From Bacteroidales bacterium (GTDB lineage Bacteria > Bacteroidota > Bacteroidia > Bacteroidales > UBA12077): a stretch of 64,000 nt of DNA. The DNA lies in contig JAGXLL010000003.1 in NCBI GenBank assembly GCA_018334675.1, positions 37,050-101,049 of the forward strand. Direction: 5' to 3'. Shown here piece by piece: positions 52,403 to 62,774 of the stretch (positions within the stretch are counted from its first letter, which is position 1; every line of letters starts with the position of its first letter). The notes under the pieces were generated by a model that did not search any database, was not told the origin of the DNA, and saw only the letters and a program-made list of their open reading frames with translations. A program made the position numbers and the translations under genes.

Positions 52403-53557
52403 ATGTTACATACTTCGTATATCGAACTGAGCAAACATGCCCTGAACCACAACCTGCAATTCCTGAAGCACAAGTTAAACCCCGCTGTGCGGTATTCCAT
52501 GGTCATTAAGGGAAACGCATACGGCCATGGCCTTGAAAGTATCCTGCCCATGGTTGAGGAAGCCGGCATCGATCATTTCGCCGTTTTTAGCGTCGACGAA
52601 GCCATGCGGGCCCATAAGATCAAACAAAAATACTGTGAGATAATGATCATGGGCTTCATTGATGATGAGTATATGGAGTGGGCCATCGAGCATGATGTCT
52701 CTTTTTACGTGTTCACCATGGAAAGGCTCCGCGCTGTAGTAAGGGTGGCCAGGAAAACCACCAGGCCGGCCCGTATTCATATCGAACTGGAGACCGGCAT
52801 GCACCGTACGGGTTTTCTGCCCCACGAACTGACCGAAGTAGCAGAGATCCTGACCAAAAATGACAAGATCCTTTTCCTGGAAGGCCTGTGCACCCATTTT
52901 GCCGGGGCCGAGCACATGGGCAATTTCGACCGGGTAACCCGGCAGTTGAAGCGTTTTCAGAGAACATGCCGTTGGTTTCACGATTTTGGTCTCAAGCCGA
53001 GGTTTCGGCACGTAGCCTGTTCTGCCGGCCTGCTCAATTTTCCCGATTCGGCCATGGACCTGGTGCGTATTGGCATAGCCAACTATGGCTTCTGGCCCAG
53101 TGAAGAGACCCGCATGCTGCACCTGAGGGAAAACGGCAACCTGCCCAGGGATCCCCTTCAAAGGGTACTTTCATGGAAAAGCAAAATCTTGAGCGTCAAT
53201 CATGTGCAGGAAGGGGAATATGTCAGCTATGGAAAAAGTTACATCACCAACCGCGACAGCCTGATCGCGGTTGTACCCGTTGGATATAGCTACGGGTTCA
53301 GTCGCAACCTCAGCAACCTGGGCCATGTGTTGGTACGGGGAAAGAGAGCTACAGTAGTGGGATCGGTGAACATGAATATGATGGTCATCGATGTCACGGA
53401 TATAGAGGATGTAAAGGTCAACGATGAAGTGGTATTGATTGGCCGGCAGGGCAACAACACCATCACAGTCAGCTCCTTCAGCGACATGAACAACAGCATG
53501 AACTATGAGCTGCTCACCCGCCTGCCGCAGGAGATACCGAGGTACCGGGTAGATTAA
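52403..53557 (+). CDS. alr: Alanine racemase
   Basis: About 384 aa from ATG 52403 (TTG 52376 is also possible). The PLP-lysine motif is VIKGNAYGHG, and the C-terminal beta domain is typical of Alr. Confidence 0.85.
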   Translation: MLHTSYIELSKHALNHNLQFLKHKLNPAVRYSMVIKGNAYGHGLESILPMVEEAGIDHFAVFSVDEAMRAHKIKQKYCEIMIMGFIDDEYMEWAIEHDVSFYVFTMERLRAVVRVARKTTRPARIHIELETGMHRTGFLPHELTEVAEILTKNDKILFLEGLCTHFAGAEHMGNFDRVTRQLKRFQRTCRWFHDFGLKPRFRHVACSAGLLNFPDSAMDLVRIGIANYGFWPSEETRMLHLRENGNLPRDPLQRVLSWKSKILSVNHVQEGEYVSYGKSYITNRDSLIAVVPVGYSYGFSRNLSNLGHVLVRGKRATVVGSVNMNMMVIDVTDIEDVKVNDEVVLIGRQGNNTITVSSFSDMNNSMNYELLTRLPQEIPRYRVD

Positions 53558-53888
53558 AACAGGATTAAAGTGTAAGGTTCAATCTAAAGTCCTGTACACC
53601 TCTCCTGAGGGATGAGCAACGATCACTCCCTCAGCCTCAGCCTGTCGGTAATCCACAGTGCCATGCCCACCGGCGATTTCACCCAGTCAAGGGGCAACCT
53701 GGGGTATAACATCAGCTTCTGGCAAAAGCTCCCGCATATGTTCAAATATGAACACCTGTGTATCAAAACAGAACGTTTTACCATAGAGATATGCAGACCG
53801 TTTTGCGCAACCTATTAATTGACAAAAGATTATCAGATCTGGCACACATTGTGTTATCCTATCTCCATCTCACTTAAACTTTTGTGTT

Positions 53889-55347
53889 ATGATCCGCAAT
53901 TACATCAAGATTGCCCTGCGCAACATCTCGCGCCAAAAAGGTTATGCATTTATCAACATCTTCGGGCTGGCCATTGGCTTCACCTGTGCCTTGCTCATTT
54001 TTTCTTGGGTTTACGACGAGCTCACCTATGACCGCTTCCATGAAAATCTGGACCGGATATACAGAGTTGAACAGGATCAGTTCTACAGCGGGCGGGCTTG
54101 TGGTGATCACCCTGATCACCGGCATCCTCGCCGGCAGCTATCCGGCCGTGTATCTCTCCCGGTTCTCACCTGTGGCTGTGATGAAAGGTGAATTTGGCAT
54201 CTCCTCGAAAGCCTGGCTGAGGAAAACACTGGTGGTGGTGCAGTTCACACTTTCTGTTTTTCTGGTGGTGGGTACACTGCTGGTATATAAGCAGCTCAAT
54301 TACATGCAACAACGCAAACTGGGATATGATAAGGAACATGTACTGTACACCCGGTTGCACGGGGACATCCGCAACTCATATGAGGTGATCCGGGAGGCCT
54401 TTGCCGGGGCACCGGAAGTGCAACATGTGACGGCTGCAGGCCATTTGCCATCTCATATAGGAAGCAGCTCCGGAAGCGTCGACTGGGACGGCAAAGACCC
54501 GGAGCAATCCGTACTGGTGAGTCAGAGCATCGTGGATTTTGATTATATAGAAACGCTGAAGATCCCTATCGCCCAGGGGAGAAGTTTTTCGCGGGATTAT
54601 TCCACCGACAGGGCCACCGACTCCACAGGAGCTTTCATCATCAACGAAGAGATGGCCCGTATTATGGAAAAAGACAATCTCATAGGGGAAAGATTCTCTT
54701 TTATGGGGATGGAACAGGGGCAGATCATTGGTGTGATGAAAAATTTCCATTTCCATTCCATGCGCAAGGCCATTGAACCCCTGGCTATTGCTGTGGCTTA
54801 CCCGCAATTCCTGAATTACATGATGGTGCGCCTCCGTCCCGGTAATGTGAAAAATAGCATCGATAAGCTGAAAGCCATCTGGCAGGAGGTGATGCCACAA
54901 TATCCCTTTGAACACCATTTTCTTGACGAGCAATATGACGACATGTATCGTGCAGAAACCCGTATGGGTGCACTTTTGAAGTATTTTGCCATTATGGCTG
55001 TTCTGATCGCTTGCCTGGGATTGCTTGGCCTGGCCGCATTTATGGCTGAAAACCGTACAAAAGAAATTGGTATCCGCAAGGCCCTGGGCTCTACCTCCCA
55101 ACAAATCGTCGTGCTGCTGAGCCGGGAATTTTCCAGGCTGGTGGCAATAGCTACACTTATCGCCATTCCTGCTTCCTGGGTTTACCTGGATCACTGGTTG
55201 CAGGATTATGCCTATAAAACCTCACTGAGCTGGTGGATCTTCGCCCTGGCTGCGGTGCTGGCTTTTGTTATTGCCCTGCTTACTGTAAGCTACCAGGCCA
55301 TCAAGGCTGCCAGGGCCAATCCCTCAAACTCACTCAGGTATGAATGA
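53889..55347 (+). pseudogene. FtsX/MacB-type tandem ABC permease disrupted by an internal deletion plus frameshift
   Basis: ORF 53889.. gives the canonical N-terminus MIRNYIKIALRNISRQKGYAFINIFGLAIGFTCALLIFSWVYDELTYDRFHENLDRIYRVEQDQFYSG, then runs into nonsense. From about 54090 a different frame (ORF 53911..55347) reads GLVVITLITGILAGSYPAVYLSRFSPVAVMKG..., which is the end of a first FtsX domain, followed by a complete second module ending ...QAIKAARANPSNSLRYE. The first periplasmic domain and most of the first FtsX domain are absent. Confidence 0.6.
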
Positions 55348-55398
55348 CTCAGTGGGTCCACATTATCAGGTGTATCAATTGGGATGCGGTTATTGCTG

Positions 55399-55821
55399 TT
55401 AAAGCAGCTCCTTGATCTTCTGCATTTTGGAATGCCGGTTAAAAGAAAAAGCAGAACCGGCTTCGTCCACATATTCATACAATACCAGAGCTCTTTGATA
55501 CAAGGCCTTTGACTTTTCCAGGCTGCCTTGCTGTTGGTATCCTTCAGCGACCTCCACCAGTAGATCAGCCAATTGCTCAAAATTTTCCGCAAACATATGT
55601 TCTTTTTCCATCAGCGCATGGATCAACTGATCAAGCCGAATACCGGTCAAATTTTCTATACTCAGATTCAGTTCATCCCGGAGGCTTTGTTCGGCCTGTT
55701 CAATTCCCTCGTATAGCTTTCCCTGATTTTTCAGCCCGGTTAAATCAGCCATAACCTTAGCCAGGACCTTTCCAGCCTGCTCAATCTGCCGCATCAGATA
55801 ATCTCTTTGTTCCATATCCAA
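55399..55821 (-). CDS. Small helical hypothetical protein
   Basis: 140-aa ORF with no competing ORF and a helical, TPR-like C-terminal part (SLEKSKALYQRALVLYEYV). No family recognised. Confidence 0.45.
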   Translation of the reverse strand: MDMEQRDYLMRQIEQAGKVLAKVMADLTGLKNQGKLYEGIEQAEQSLRDELNLSIENLTGIRLDQLIHALMEKEHMFAENFEQLADLLVEVAEGYQQQGSLEKSKALYQRALVLYEYVDEAGSAFSFNRHSKMQKIKELL

Positions 55822-55934
55822 AATAAAATGTTGAACGTTTAAAGTTCAATGTTGAACCCCCTCCGAAAAGTAATTTGTTGGAGAATAAGGCTGTTTATTG
55901 TTTTGTAATAGACTGATAAAGAGAATTTTAATTT

Positions 55935-58697
55935 TTAATCCTCTTCTGGCTCCTTCTGCTCTAATTCAGAAACAACAGTAACGCCACCCATATTCGCGGG
56001 CAATTCATTAATGGCTTTCACCAGCTGATGGGGTTGATCGATGGTAAAGAACAAGGTTTGCGTTGGGGTCCCTCCTTCAGAAGAGGAAACTTTCACCTTA
56101 TAGGTTTCAAACTGACCTGCAGGCACTTCTATTGTCTCCTGGCTCTGAACTTCCATGGAATACTCCTGAACCTTCTGCTGCATCATATTCAACATGCTGA
56201 ATCCAGCTTTAAAGTCCCGGCCCAGGTCCATTGCCCGGGTAACAATCTCTGGAACACCCAATAATTTCTTGTCATTCTCTATATTTACATCCATTGTCCT
56301 TCCCCGAACCTGCATGGACCCCATGATTTTGCCGGGCTTAAAATGCAGGTTCATATTCATCTGGGGTTGGTGAACGAGGTGTTTGACCGGCAGCAGGGTT
56401 TGTTTGTCAAGATAAAAGGAATCTACCGAGGTGCCCCGCGGTGATTCGGATTTGCTTGTCACCAGCCAGGCTGGCTGATCATCTATACGAGCTGAAGCAA
56501 GCTCCCGGGTGACACCCACCTGGATTTCCCTGCTGCCCGCCTTCACAGTTTGTGTATAATGGGCGGTGTAGGGTTTCATCTTTCCGGGATCGAGCACAGG
56601 AAAGGTTGCTTTCGATGTCGCCATTGCTGTGGTATCGGGCAGGGTGACCTTACTTACTTCCCGCTTGAGTTTATTCCAGGTCTCTTGTATGGTATCCGAC
56701 ACGGACTTCTGATACCTGCCGCCCAGGTGCCTGGCAAAGAATTCCTCCATGGCCGCTGCTACCACCAGGCGATTGTTCTCCTGGCGGAATCCATGCCCCT
56801 CATTCTCTGCCACCAGGTAATTGACATCCACGTTGTTCTCCCTGGCAGCCACCACAATCTGATCCGATTCCTGCTTCTTGACCCTGGGGTCATTGGCTCC
56901 CTGGATCACCAGCAGGGGATCATCAATATTATCGGCATAGAACAGGGGTGAATCCTCTTTGAGCTCTTTACGGCCTTCCTCGGTATTGGGATCACCCACC
57001 CGTTTATAAAACATCTTCTTAATGGGTTCCCAGTACGGAGGCAGGGAGTTCAGCAGGGTCAGCAGGTTAGACGGGCCCACATAGGAGACGCCGGCGTCAT
57101 ACAATTCGGGTGTAAAGGTAAGACCGGCCAGGGTGGCATAACCGCCGTAAGAACCGCCATAGATGCCAATGCGGTCTGGATCTGCATAACCCTGATCAAT
57201 CAAATACTTTACTCCATCGGAGATGTCGTGCTGCATCTTACCCCGTCCCCACTCTTTATTGCCAGCATTGAGAAATTGCTTACCGTAGCCGGTCGACCCC
57301 CGGAAGTTGGGCTGAAGCACTGCATAACCCCGGTTGGCCAGAAACTGGGCATAAGCATTATATCCCCAGGTGTCGCGTGCCCAGGGGCCGCCGTGAATAA
57401 GCATGATAACAGGAAGATCTCTATGCTCCAATCCTTTGGGCAACGTTAAATAGGCAGGTATCTCCATTCCGTCACGTGCGGTATACCTGATGGCTCTCAT
57501 CCGGGCCAGATGCCCGCTTTTCAGATCAGGCCTGGAATTATAAAGCAATTCAACCTTCTGCGCTTGTGTGTCGTAAAGATATACGGATCCGGGATCTACA
57601 TCGCGGGTAACACTTACTACGATATAGCGCATGTCCTCACTCGTTGAACGAAATGACAGCTCACCATCCGGCAGTTCATCCCTGAGGAAGGAAAGCATGC
57701 GTTCCATCTTATCCGTCCTGGGGTAAATGCGCTGCCGGTCGCCTCTGTAGATAGTGGCCTGGAGCTTTTCCGTCTGGTCATCGAAGAAGGCTCCCCCAAA
57801 ATCCACTTCCCCTTCAGGGTCCTTTTCCACCAGGTCGGTCTCACCCGTTTGGGGATCCATCAGGGTCAGGCGTGTCAAATCAACATCCTCGCCTTTGTTG
57901 GTGACAAAATAGACTTTCTCATTATTTTTATGAAACCGGTAAGTATAAATATTTTCTTCAAATCCGCATTTATAGATGCGTTTGAAAGTATCCTGTGTAT
58001 AACGCAATATCTCGGTACCCCCATCATCGGTTTGCCGGGAGGCAAGCCTGAGTTTACCCTTCCGGTCAAAGGTATAGCCGGAGAGCTGCTGGGTATTTTG
58101 GAATATCAACTCCCGATCTCCCGAAGAGATATTGATCTCATAGACATCGTGATAGGAAGCATCTCTTTCGTTCAGACCCACGAGAATTTTATCTGGTGTA
58201 TGCTCCGGAACAGAATAAATCTGGGCCCGGATGCCTTCCATAGGTGTAAGATCTTTGGCAGGCGGAACACCCGTTTCCTCTTTAGGGTCAGCTTTGGGAT
58301 CCACTGCATAGACATGAAAATTCTCATCTCCGCCTTTATCCTGCACATAGAGAATATACTGGCTGTCCTGGCTCCAGAAATAACCGGAAACAGGCCGATC
58401 ATCGGCAGTCACTGGAATGGCTTCCCCGAAAGGCTCACCGCGTTTTTTAACATAGATGTTGCGCACCCCTTTATAGGGTTTTAGAAAGGATATATATTCC
58501 CCATCAGGAGATATCTGGGCTCCCGAAATTTTGGGATCACCGAAAAACACCTCGCGGTCAATCAAAGGTGGAAGTTCATCTTCGTTTCCCAACTGGTTCC
58601 CTCCTTTTGACATGAAAAATACCAGCATGAGGAGCGAAAAAATCAGGGTTCTCTTCAGGTTGATTTTGTGCATAAAAAAATGGTTTTTGGTTTGCAT
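55935..58697 (-). CDS. S9-family serine peptidase (beta-propeller + prolyl-oligopeptidase catalytic domain) with an extra about 260-aa C-terminal domain
   Basis: 920 aa with a signal peptide. It has the nucleophile GGSYGGYATL, Asp in QGANDPRV and His in ENEGHGF. The additional C-terminal region after the catalytic domain has no motif I recognise. Confidence 0.8.
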   Translation of the reverse strand: MQTKNHFFMHKINLKRTLIFSLLMLVFFMSKGGNQLGNEDELPPLIDREVFFGDPKISGAQISPDGEYISFLKPYKGVRNIYVKKRGEPFGEAIPVTADDRPVSGYFWSQDSQYILYVQDKGGDENFHVYAVDPKADPKEETGVPPAKDLTPMEGIRAQIYSVPEHTPDKILVGLNERDASYHDVYEINISSGDRELIFQNTQQLSGYTFDRKGKLRLASRQTDDGGTEILRYTQDTFKRIYKCGFEENIYTYRFHKNNEKVYFVTNKGEDVDLTRLTLMDPQTGETDLVEKDPEGEVDFGGAFFDDQTEKLQATIYRGDRQRIYPRTDKMERMLSFLRDELPDGELSFRSTSEDMRYIVVSVTRDVDPGSVYLYDTQAQKVELLYNSRPDLKSGHLARMRAIRYTARDGMEIPAYLTLPKGLEHRDLPVIMLIHGGPWARDTWGYNAYAQFLANRGYAVLQPNFRGSTGYGKQFLNAGNKEWGRGKMQHDISDGVKYLIDQGYADPDRIGIYGGSYGGYATLAGLTFTPELYDAGVSYVGPSNLLTLLNSLPPYWEPIKKMFYKRVGDPNTEEGRKELKEDSPLFYADNIDDPLLVIQGANDPRVKKQESDQIVVAARENNVDVNYLVAENEGHGFRQENNRLVVAAAMEEFFARHLGGRYQKSVSDTIQETWNKLKREVSKVTLPDTTAMATSKATFPVLDPGKMKPYTAHYTQTVKAGSREIQVGVTRELASARIDDQPAWLVTSKSESPRGTSVDSFYLDKQTLLPVKHLVHQPQMNMNLHFKPGKIMGSMQVRGRTMDVNIENDKKLLGVPEIVTRAMDLGRDFKAGFSMLNMMQQKVQEYSMEVQSQETIEVPAGQFETYKVKVSSSEGGTPTQTLFFTIDQPHQLVKAINELPANMGGVTVVSELEQKEPEED

Positions 58698-58814
58698 TGA
58701 ATTGGGTTGTTTGGTTTAGGTAGTTTAGGAAAATGGTTCCCATGGATGTATTATCATTTGTCTCAAAAGAATCTAATATCTTACATACCTCATGGCTGAT
58801 TGTTGAGTTTACCC

Positions 58815-59099
58815 TTAATCCTCTACCCATTCCACACTTATATCTCCGATACCGTCTTTTACACCCAGGTAAAGTGTGTGGGGTGTTTTCCCACGAACCT
58901 GAAAAATACAATTGGTGGTACGGTCAGAAGTGGTTTTGACCCGGAAATTACCCGCCGGAAATTCTATCTCTGTGTTAAGAGCCCCTACACCGGCAGGTGG
59001 TATCGCCTTCTTCCTCTCTTTTTGCTGAGCCTCCACATTGAAGTTAAAAACCATAGCCAGGGGGATAATTGCTGTGATGGTAAGATATAGATTTTTCAT
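58815..59099 (-). CDS. Small secreted hypothetical protein
   Basis: 94 aa from the internal ATG at 59099 (MKNLYLTITAIIPLAMVFNFNVEAQ signal-like). The longer listed ORF (to 59225) would run through the secA terminator. Confidence 0.4.
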   Translation of the reverse strand: MKNLYLTITAIIPLAMVFNFNVEAQQKERKKAIPPAGVGALNTEIEFPAGNFRVKTTSDRTTNCIFQVRGKTPHTLYLGVKDGIGDISVEWVED

Positions 59100-59177
59100 G
59101 GCCTGAAGGATTCGTTTTAATATACAAATAGGATATTGAACACTATTTACCAAGGATGCCAGTAAAATTTGGGAATC

Positions 59178-59211
59178 AAAAAAAGAGACCCAGCCGTTGG
59201 CCAAGCCTCTT
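59178..59211 (-). terminator. Rho-independent terminator downstream of secA
   Basis: The minus-strand RNA aagaggcuuggcc-aac-ggcugggucucuu forms a 13-bp stem (including G-U pairs) followed by further U residues. It starts about 30 nt after the secA stop. Confidence 0.6.
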
Positions 59212-59240
59212 GTATGTATATTCAAAAACGAGTGGCTATT

Positions 59241-62200
59241 CTACTTTATGGGTTCTGCTCCCGGACGGCCGTGGCAGTTCTTGTATTTCTTGCCGCTGCC
59301 GCATGGACAGGGGTCGTTGCGGCCTACCTTCTTGCCCACCTTCACGGGTTCAGGCTTCTGGCCTCCCCCACTGCTTCCTCCGCTGGCCACGGCTTCGGGT
59401 CTTTTCGTCTCGTACTGGCTCATATCCAGCTGCCGTTTTCTCTGGGCTTCCTGGATCTCATCGGAGTCTTCTACAGGGATATGGCCTTTGATAAGGGTAG
59501 CCGCCACATCCTTGCTGATCTTCTCGAGCATGCTCTTGAACAGCTCGAAGGCCTCGAATTTGTATATCAGCAGGGGATCTTTCTGTTCATAGGTAGCGGT
59601 TTGCACCGACTGCTTCAGATCGTCCATCTCCCGCAGATGTTCCTTCCAGGCTTCATCGATGGTAGAGAGGATCACATTCTTCTGGTAAGCTTTTACCATT
59701 TCACGGCCTTCCGATTCGTAAGCATTCTTCAGGTTGGTAACCACCTGTATGGTACGTGTACCATCGGTGATGGGTACCACGATGTTCTCATACTGATGGG
59801 AATGCTTCTCGTATACCTCCCTGATCACCGGGTAAGCCTGGGAAGCGATGGCTTCTTCCTTGCGTTTGTAGCTATCCTTAGCGATGCTATAGATCTTATC
59901 GACAATCTCGTTGGCGTCTACCTTCAGAAATTCTTCTCCTGTTACGGGTGAATCGATGGAGAGGGTGCGAATCAGCTCGAACTTGAAACCTTCGAAGTCG
60001 GAACTGTACTGGTAATTACCTACCAACGCCTCACTCACATCGCGCATCATATTGGCAATGTCCACACTCAGCCTCTCTCCGAAGAGGGCATGTTTCCTTC
60101 TCTTATATATCACCTCGCGCTGGGAGTTCATCACATCATCATACTCCAGCAGTCTTTTCCGTATTCCGAAGTTGTTCTCCTCCACTTTCTTCTGAGCCCT
60201 TTCAATGGAGCGGGAGATCATCGAATGCTGGATCACCTCCCCTTCCTTCAGACCCATACGAGACATGATGTTGGCGATGCGATCGGAGCCAAACAGGCGC
60301 ATCAGGTCATCTTCCAGGGATACAAAGAACTGGGAAGACCCCGGATCACCCTGCCGTCCTGCACGACCTCTTAGCTGACGGTCGATCCTTCGTGATTCGT
60401 GTCGTTCGGTACCCACAATGGCCAAGCCACCTGCTTCGCGTGTCTCGGGGGATAGCTTGATGTCGGTACCCCTACCGGCCATATTGGTGGCGATGGTAAC
60501 CGTTTTGGATCTGCCGGCTTCGGCTATGATCTCTGCTTCTTTCTGGTGCAATTTGGCATTTAACACATTATGCTTAACACCGCGGATCTTAAGCATCTTA
60601 CTCAGCAGCTCGGACACATCCACCGAAGTGGTACCCACCAGAACCGGCCGTCCTATGCCGATCAGTCGCTGTATCTCTTCAATCACGGCATTGTACTTCT
60701 CACGCTTGGTGCGGTAAACCATATCATCTCTGTCATCCCGGATCACTGGTTCATTGGTGGGAACAACCACCACATCCAGTTCATAGATATCCATGAATTC
60801 GCCGGCCTCTGTTTCAGCAGTACCCGTCATACCCGCCAGCTTATGATACATCCGGAAATAGTTCTGCAGGGTGATGGTGGCAAAGGTCTGGGTAGCAGCC
60901 TCCACTTTCACATTTTCCTTAGCCTCGATGGCCTGGTGCAGTCCGTCGGAATACCGACGACCTTCCATAATACGGCCTGTCTGCTCATCCACGATCTTGA
61001 CCTTGTTGTCCATCACCACATACTCTTCATCCTTATCGAACAGAGTATAGGCCTTCAGCAACTGTTGCAGGGTATGAACCCGTTCCGATTTCACGGCGTA
61101 ATCCCTCAGCAGCTCATCTTTTCTGGACAGTTGTTCTTCTTCGCTGAGTCCCTCTTTCTCGAGGTCGGCCAATTCGCTTCCTATGTCGGGTAGGATGAAG
61201 AAGTTGGAATCGTCCGAATCGGAAGTGATGGTGTCAATGCCCTTATCGGTGAGCTCAATGGAATTATTCTTCTCATCGATAATGAAGTACAGGTCGTCGG
61301 TGACCTTGTGCATGTGTTTGCTGTTGTCCTGCATGTAGTAATTTTCCGTCTTCAGCATCAGGGCCTTATTGCCTTCTTCGCTGAGCAGCTTGATCAGGGC
61401 TTTGTTCTTGGGCAATCCTTTGTAAGCCTGAAGCAACAGAAAACCTCCTTTTTCGGTATTGCCGTTCTTGAGTTCACTGCGGGCATCGTGAATGATCTGG
61501 GTAACAAGCTTTTTCTGGGCGCTGACCAGGCGCTCCACCTTGGGTTTGAGTTCCTGGAATTGCTGGGTATCCTCCTGGGGCACCGGACCCGAGATGATCA
61601 AAGGTGTACGGGCATCGTCAATCAGCACCGAGTCCACCTCGTCGACAATGGAAAAATGGTGTTTGCGTTGCACCAGATCGGAAGGGTTGATGGCCATGTT
61701 GTCCCTCAGGTAATCGAAGCCAAACTCATTATTGGTACCGTAGGTGATATCAGCATAATAGGCATCTCTTCTCTCCTTGCTGTTGGGCTCGTGCTTGTCG
61801 ATACAATCTACCGACAATCCATGAAACTCATAGAGGGGGCCCATCCATTCCTGGTCACGCTTGGCCAGGTAATTGTTGACAGTTACCAGATGGGAGCCTT
61901 TTCCGGCCAGGGCATTGAGAAACAAAGGCAAAGTAGCGGCAAGTGTTTTACCTTCACCAGTGGCCATCTCCGCGATCCTTCCCTGATGCAGAACAATACC
62001 CCCAATAAGCTGGACATCATAGTGGATCATATCCCACACGATCTCGATGCCCCCTGCTTCCCAACTGTTATAGAATACTGCCGTTTTACCATCAATCTCA
62101 ACATACTCCTTCTTCGCGGCCAGTTCACGGTCGAAATCCGAGGCCGTGACCTCTATCTCCTTATTCTCCTTAAAGCGCCTGGCCGTTTCCCGCATGATGG

Positions 62201-62543
62201 CAAAGGCCCGTGGCATCACTTTTTCAAGGATCTCCTCCAGCTTCTCGTCAATCTCTTTCTCCATGTCATCCACCTTCTTATAAAGCTGCTCCTTCTCTTC
62301 TACATCAATGTCATCGCTTTCCGCCCTTTCCTGCATCTGTTCTTTATCCTGCTCCAATTGTCCGATATGATCGTGTATTTCCTGGCTAATTTCCCTGGCC
62401 TTCTGCCTCAGTTCATCATTGGTAATATCATGTAATTCTGAATATATGGCATTGATCTCATCCACATAGGGTGTGAGCTGCTTAATATCCCGCTCCGATT
62501 TACTGCCGAAAATTTTGGTCAGTGTCTTGGTTAAAAGATCCAT
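59241..62543 (-). CDS. secA: Preprotein translocase ATPase SecA
   Basis: 1100 aa with the N-terminal [17 protein letters not shown], Walker [29 protein letters not shown] and the C-terminal zinc-binding [14 protein letters not shown]. Confidence 0.95.
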   Translation of the reverse strand: MDLLTKTLTKIFGSKSERDIKQLTPYVDEINAIYSELHDITNDELRQKAREISQEIHDHIGQLEQDKEQMQERAESDDIDVEEKEQLYKKVDDMEKEIDEKLEEILEKVMPRAFAIMRETARRFKENKEIEVTASDFDRELAAKKEYVEIDGKTAVFYNSWEAGGIEIVWDMIHYDVQLIGGIVLHQGRIAEMATGEGKTLAATLPLFLNALAGKGSHLVTVNNYLAKRDQEWMGPLYEFHGLSVDCIDKHEPNSKERRDAYYADITYGTNNEFGFDYLRDNMAINPSDLVQRKHHFSIVDEVDSVLIDDARTPLIISGPVPQEDTQQFQELKPKVERLVSAQKKLVTQIIHDARSELKNGNTEKGGFLLLQAYKGLPKNKALIKLLSEEGNKALMLKTENYYMQDNSKHMHKVTDDLYFIIDEKNNSIELTDKGIDTITSDSDDSNFFILPDIGSELADLEKEGLSEEEQLSRKDELLRDYAVKSERVHTLQQLLKAYTLFDKDEEYVVMDNKVKIVDEQTGRIMEGRRYSDGLHQAIEAKENVKVEAATQTFATITLQNYFRMYHKLAGMTGTAETEAGEFMDIYELDVVVVPTNEPVIRDDRDDMVYRTKREKYNAVIEEIQRLIGIGRPVLVGTTSVDVSELLSKMLKIRGVKHNVLNAKLHQKEAEIIAEAGRSKTVTIATNMAGRGTDIKLSPETREAGGLAIVGTERHESRRIDRQLRGRAGRQGDPGSSQFFVSLEDDLMRLFGSDRIANIMSRMGLKEGEVIQHSMISRSIERAQKKVEENNFGIRKRLLEYDDVMNSQREVIYKRRKHALFGERLSVDIANMMRDVSEALVGNYQYSSDFEGFKFELIRTLSIDSPVTGEEFLKVDANEIVDKIYSIAKDSYKRKEEAIASQAYPVIREVYEKHSHQYENIVVPITDGTRTIQVVTNLKNAYESEGREMVKAYQKNVILSTIDEAWKEHLREMDDLKQSVQTATYEQKDPLLIYKFEAFELFKSMLEKISKDVAATLIKGHIPVEDSDEIQEAQRKRQLDMSQYETKRPEAVASGGSSGGGQKPEPVKVGKKVGRNDPCPCGSGKKYKNCHGRPGAEPIK

Positions 62544-62581
62544 GTTTAACCCCTTTTTTACAAATGTTATCTAATCTATGC

Positions 62582-62589
62582 AAAGTTAA
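62582..62589 (-). promoter_or_regulatory. Bacteroidota-type -7 box candidate for secA (TAACTTTG on the minus strand)
   Basis: The plus-strand caaagtta is the reverse complement of TAnnTTTG. It lies 39-46 nt upstream of the secA ATG. Confidence 0.3.
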
Positions 62590-62697
62590 TTCAAATAAAA
62601 GAAATTATTTAAAAAGTGCTCTTAAAATAATGGCATACATCGTTCAACACAAAAAAATGAAAAGAATGCCATTTTAGCCTGACTAAGACATAAAAGT

Positions 62698-62731
62698 AAG
62701 TCCCCAATCATATTCAGATGATCAGGGACTT
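62698..62731 (-). terminator. Candidate terminator hairpin downstream of the T9SS-cargo gene
   Basis: aagtccc-ca-atcat / atgat-ca-gggactt is a two-segment inverted repeat with a 6-nt loop. On the minus strand it is followed by ACTTTTATG, a short U-tract. Confidence 0.4.
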
Positions 62732-62774
62732 GGATATTTGTAATCAGGCATGATTTCACCTGAAGAGATATCTT

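Noticed and set aside
53577-53815. Minus-strand coding-like fragments (…YLYGKTFCFDTQVFIFEHMRELLPEADVIPQVAP* then, in another frame, LGEIAGGHGTVDYRQAEAEGVIVAHPSGEVYRTLD*), and the plus-strand 68-aa ORF 53612..53818
   Set aside because: They might be another decayed gene between alr and the FtsX remnant. I could not match them to any family, and there is no start codon or intact frame, so this is too weak to call.
54376-55194. 272-aa minus-strand ORF
   Set aside because: It is antisense to the FtsX permease remnant and is a shadow ORF.
60570-62435. Plus-strand ORFs of 207 and 375 aa (60570..61193, 61308..62435), plus 59169..59951
   Set aside because: All are antisense to secA, whose identity is unambiguous. 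They are shadow ORFs.
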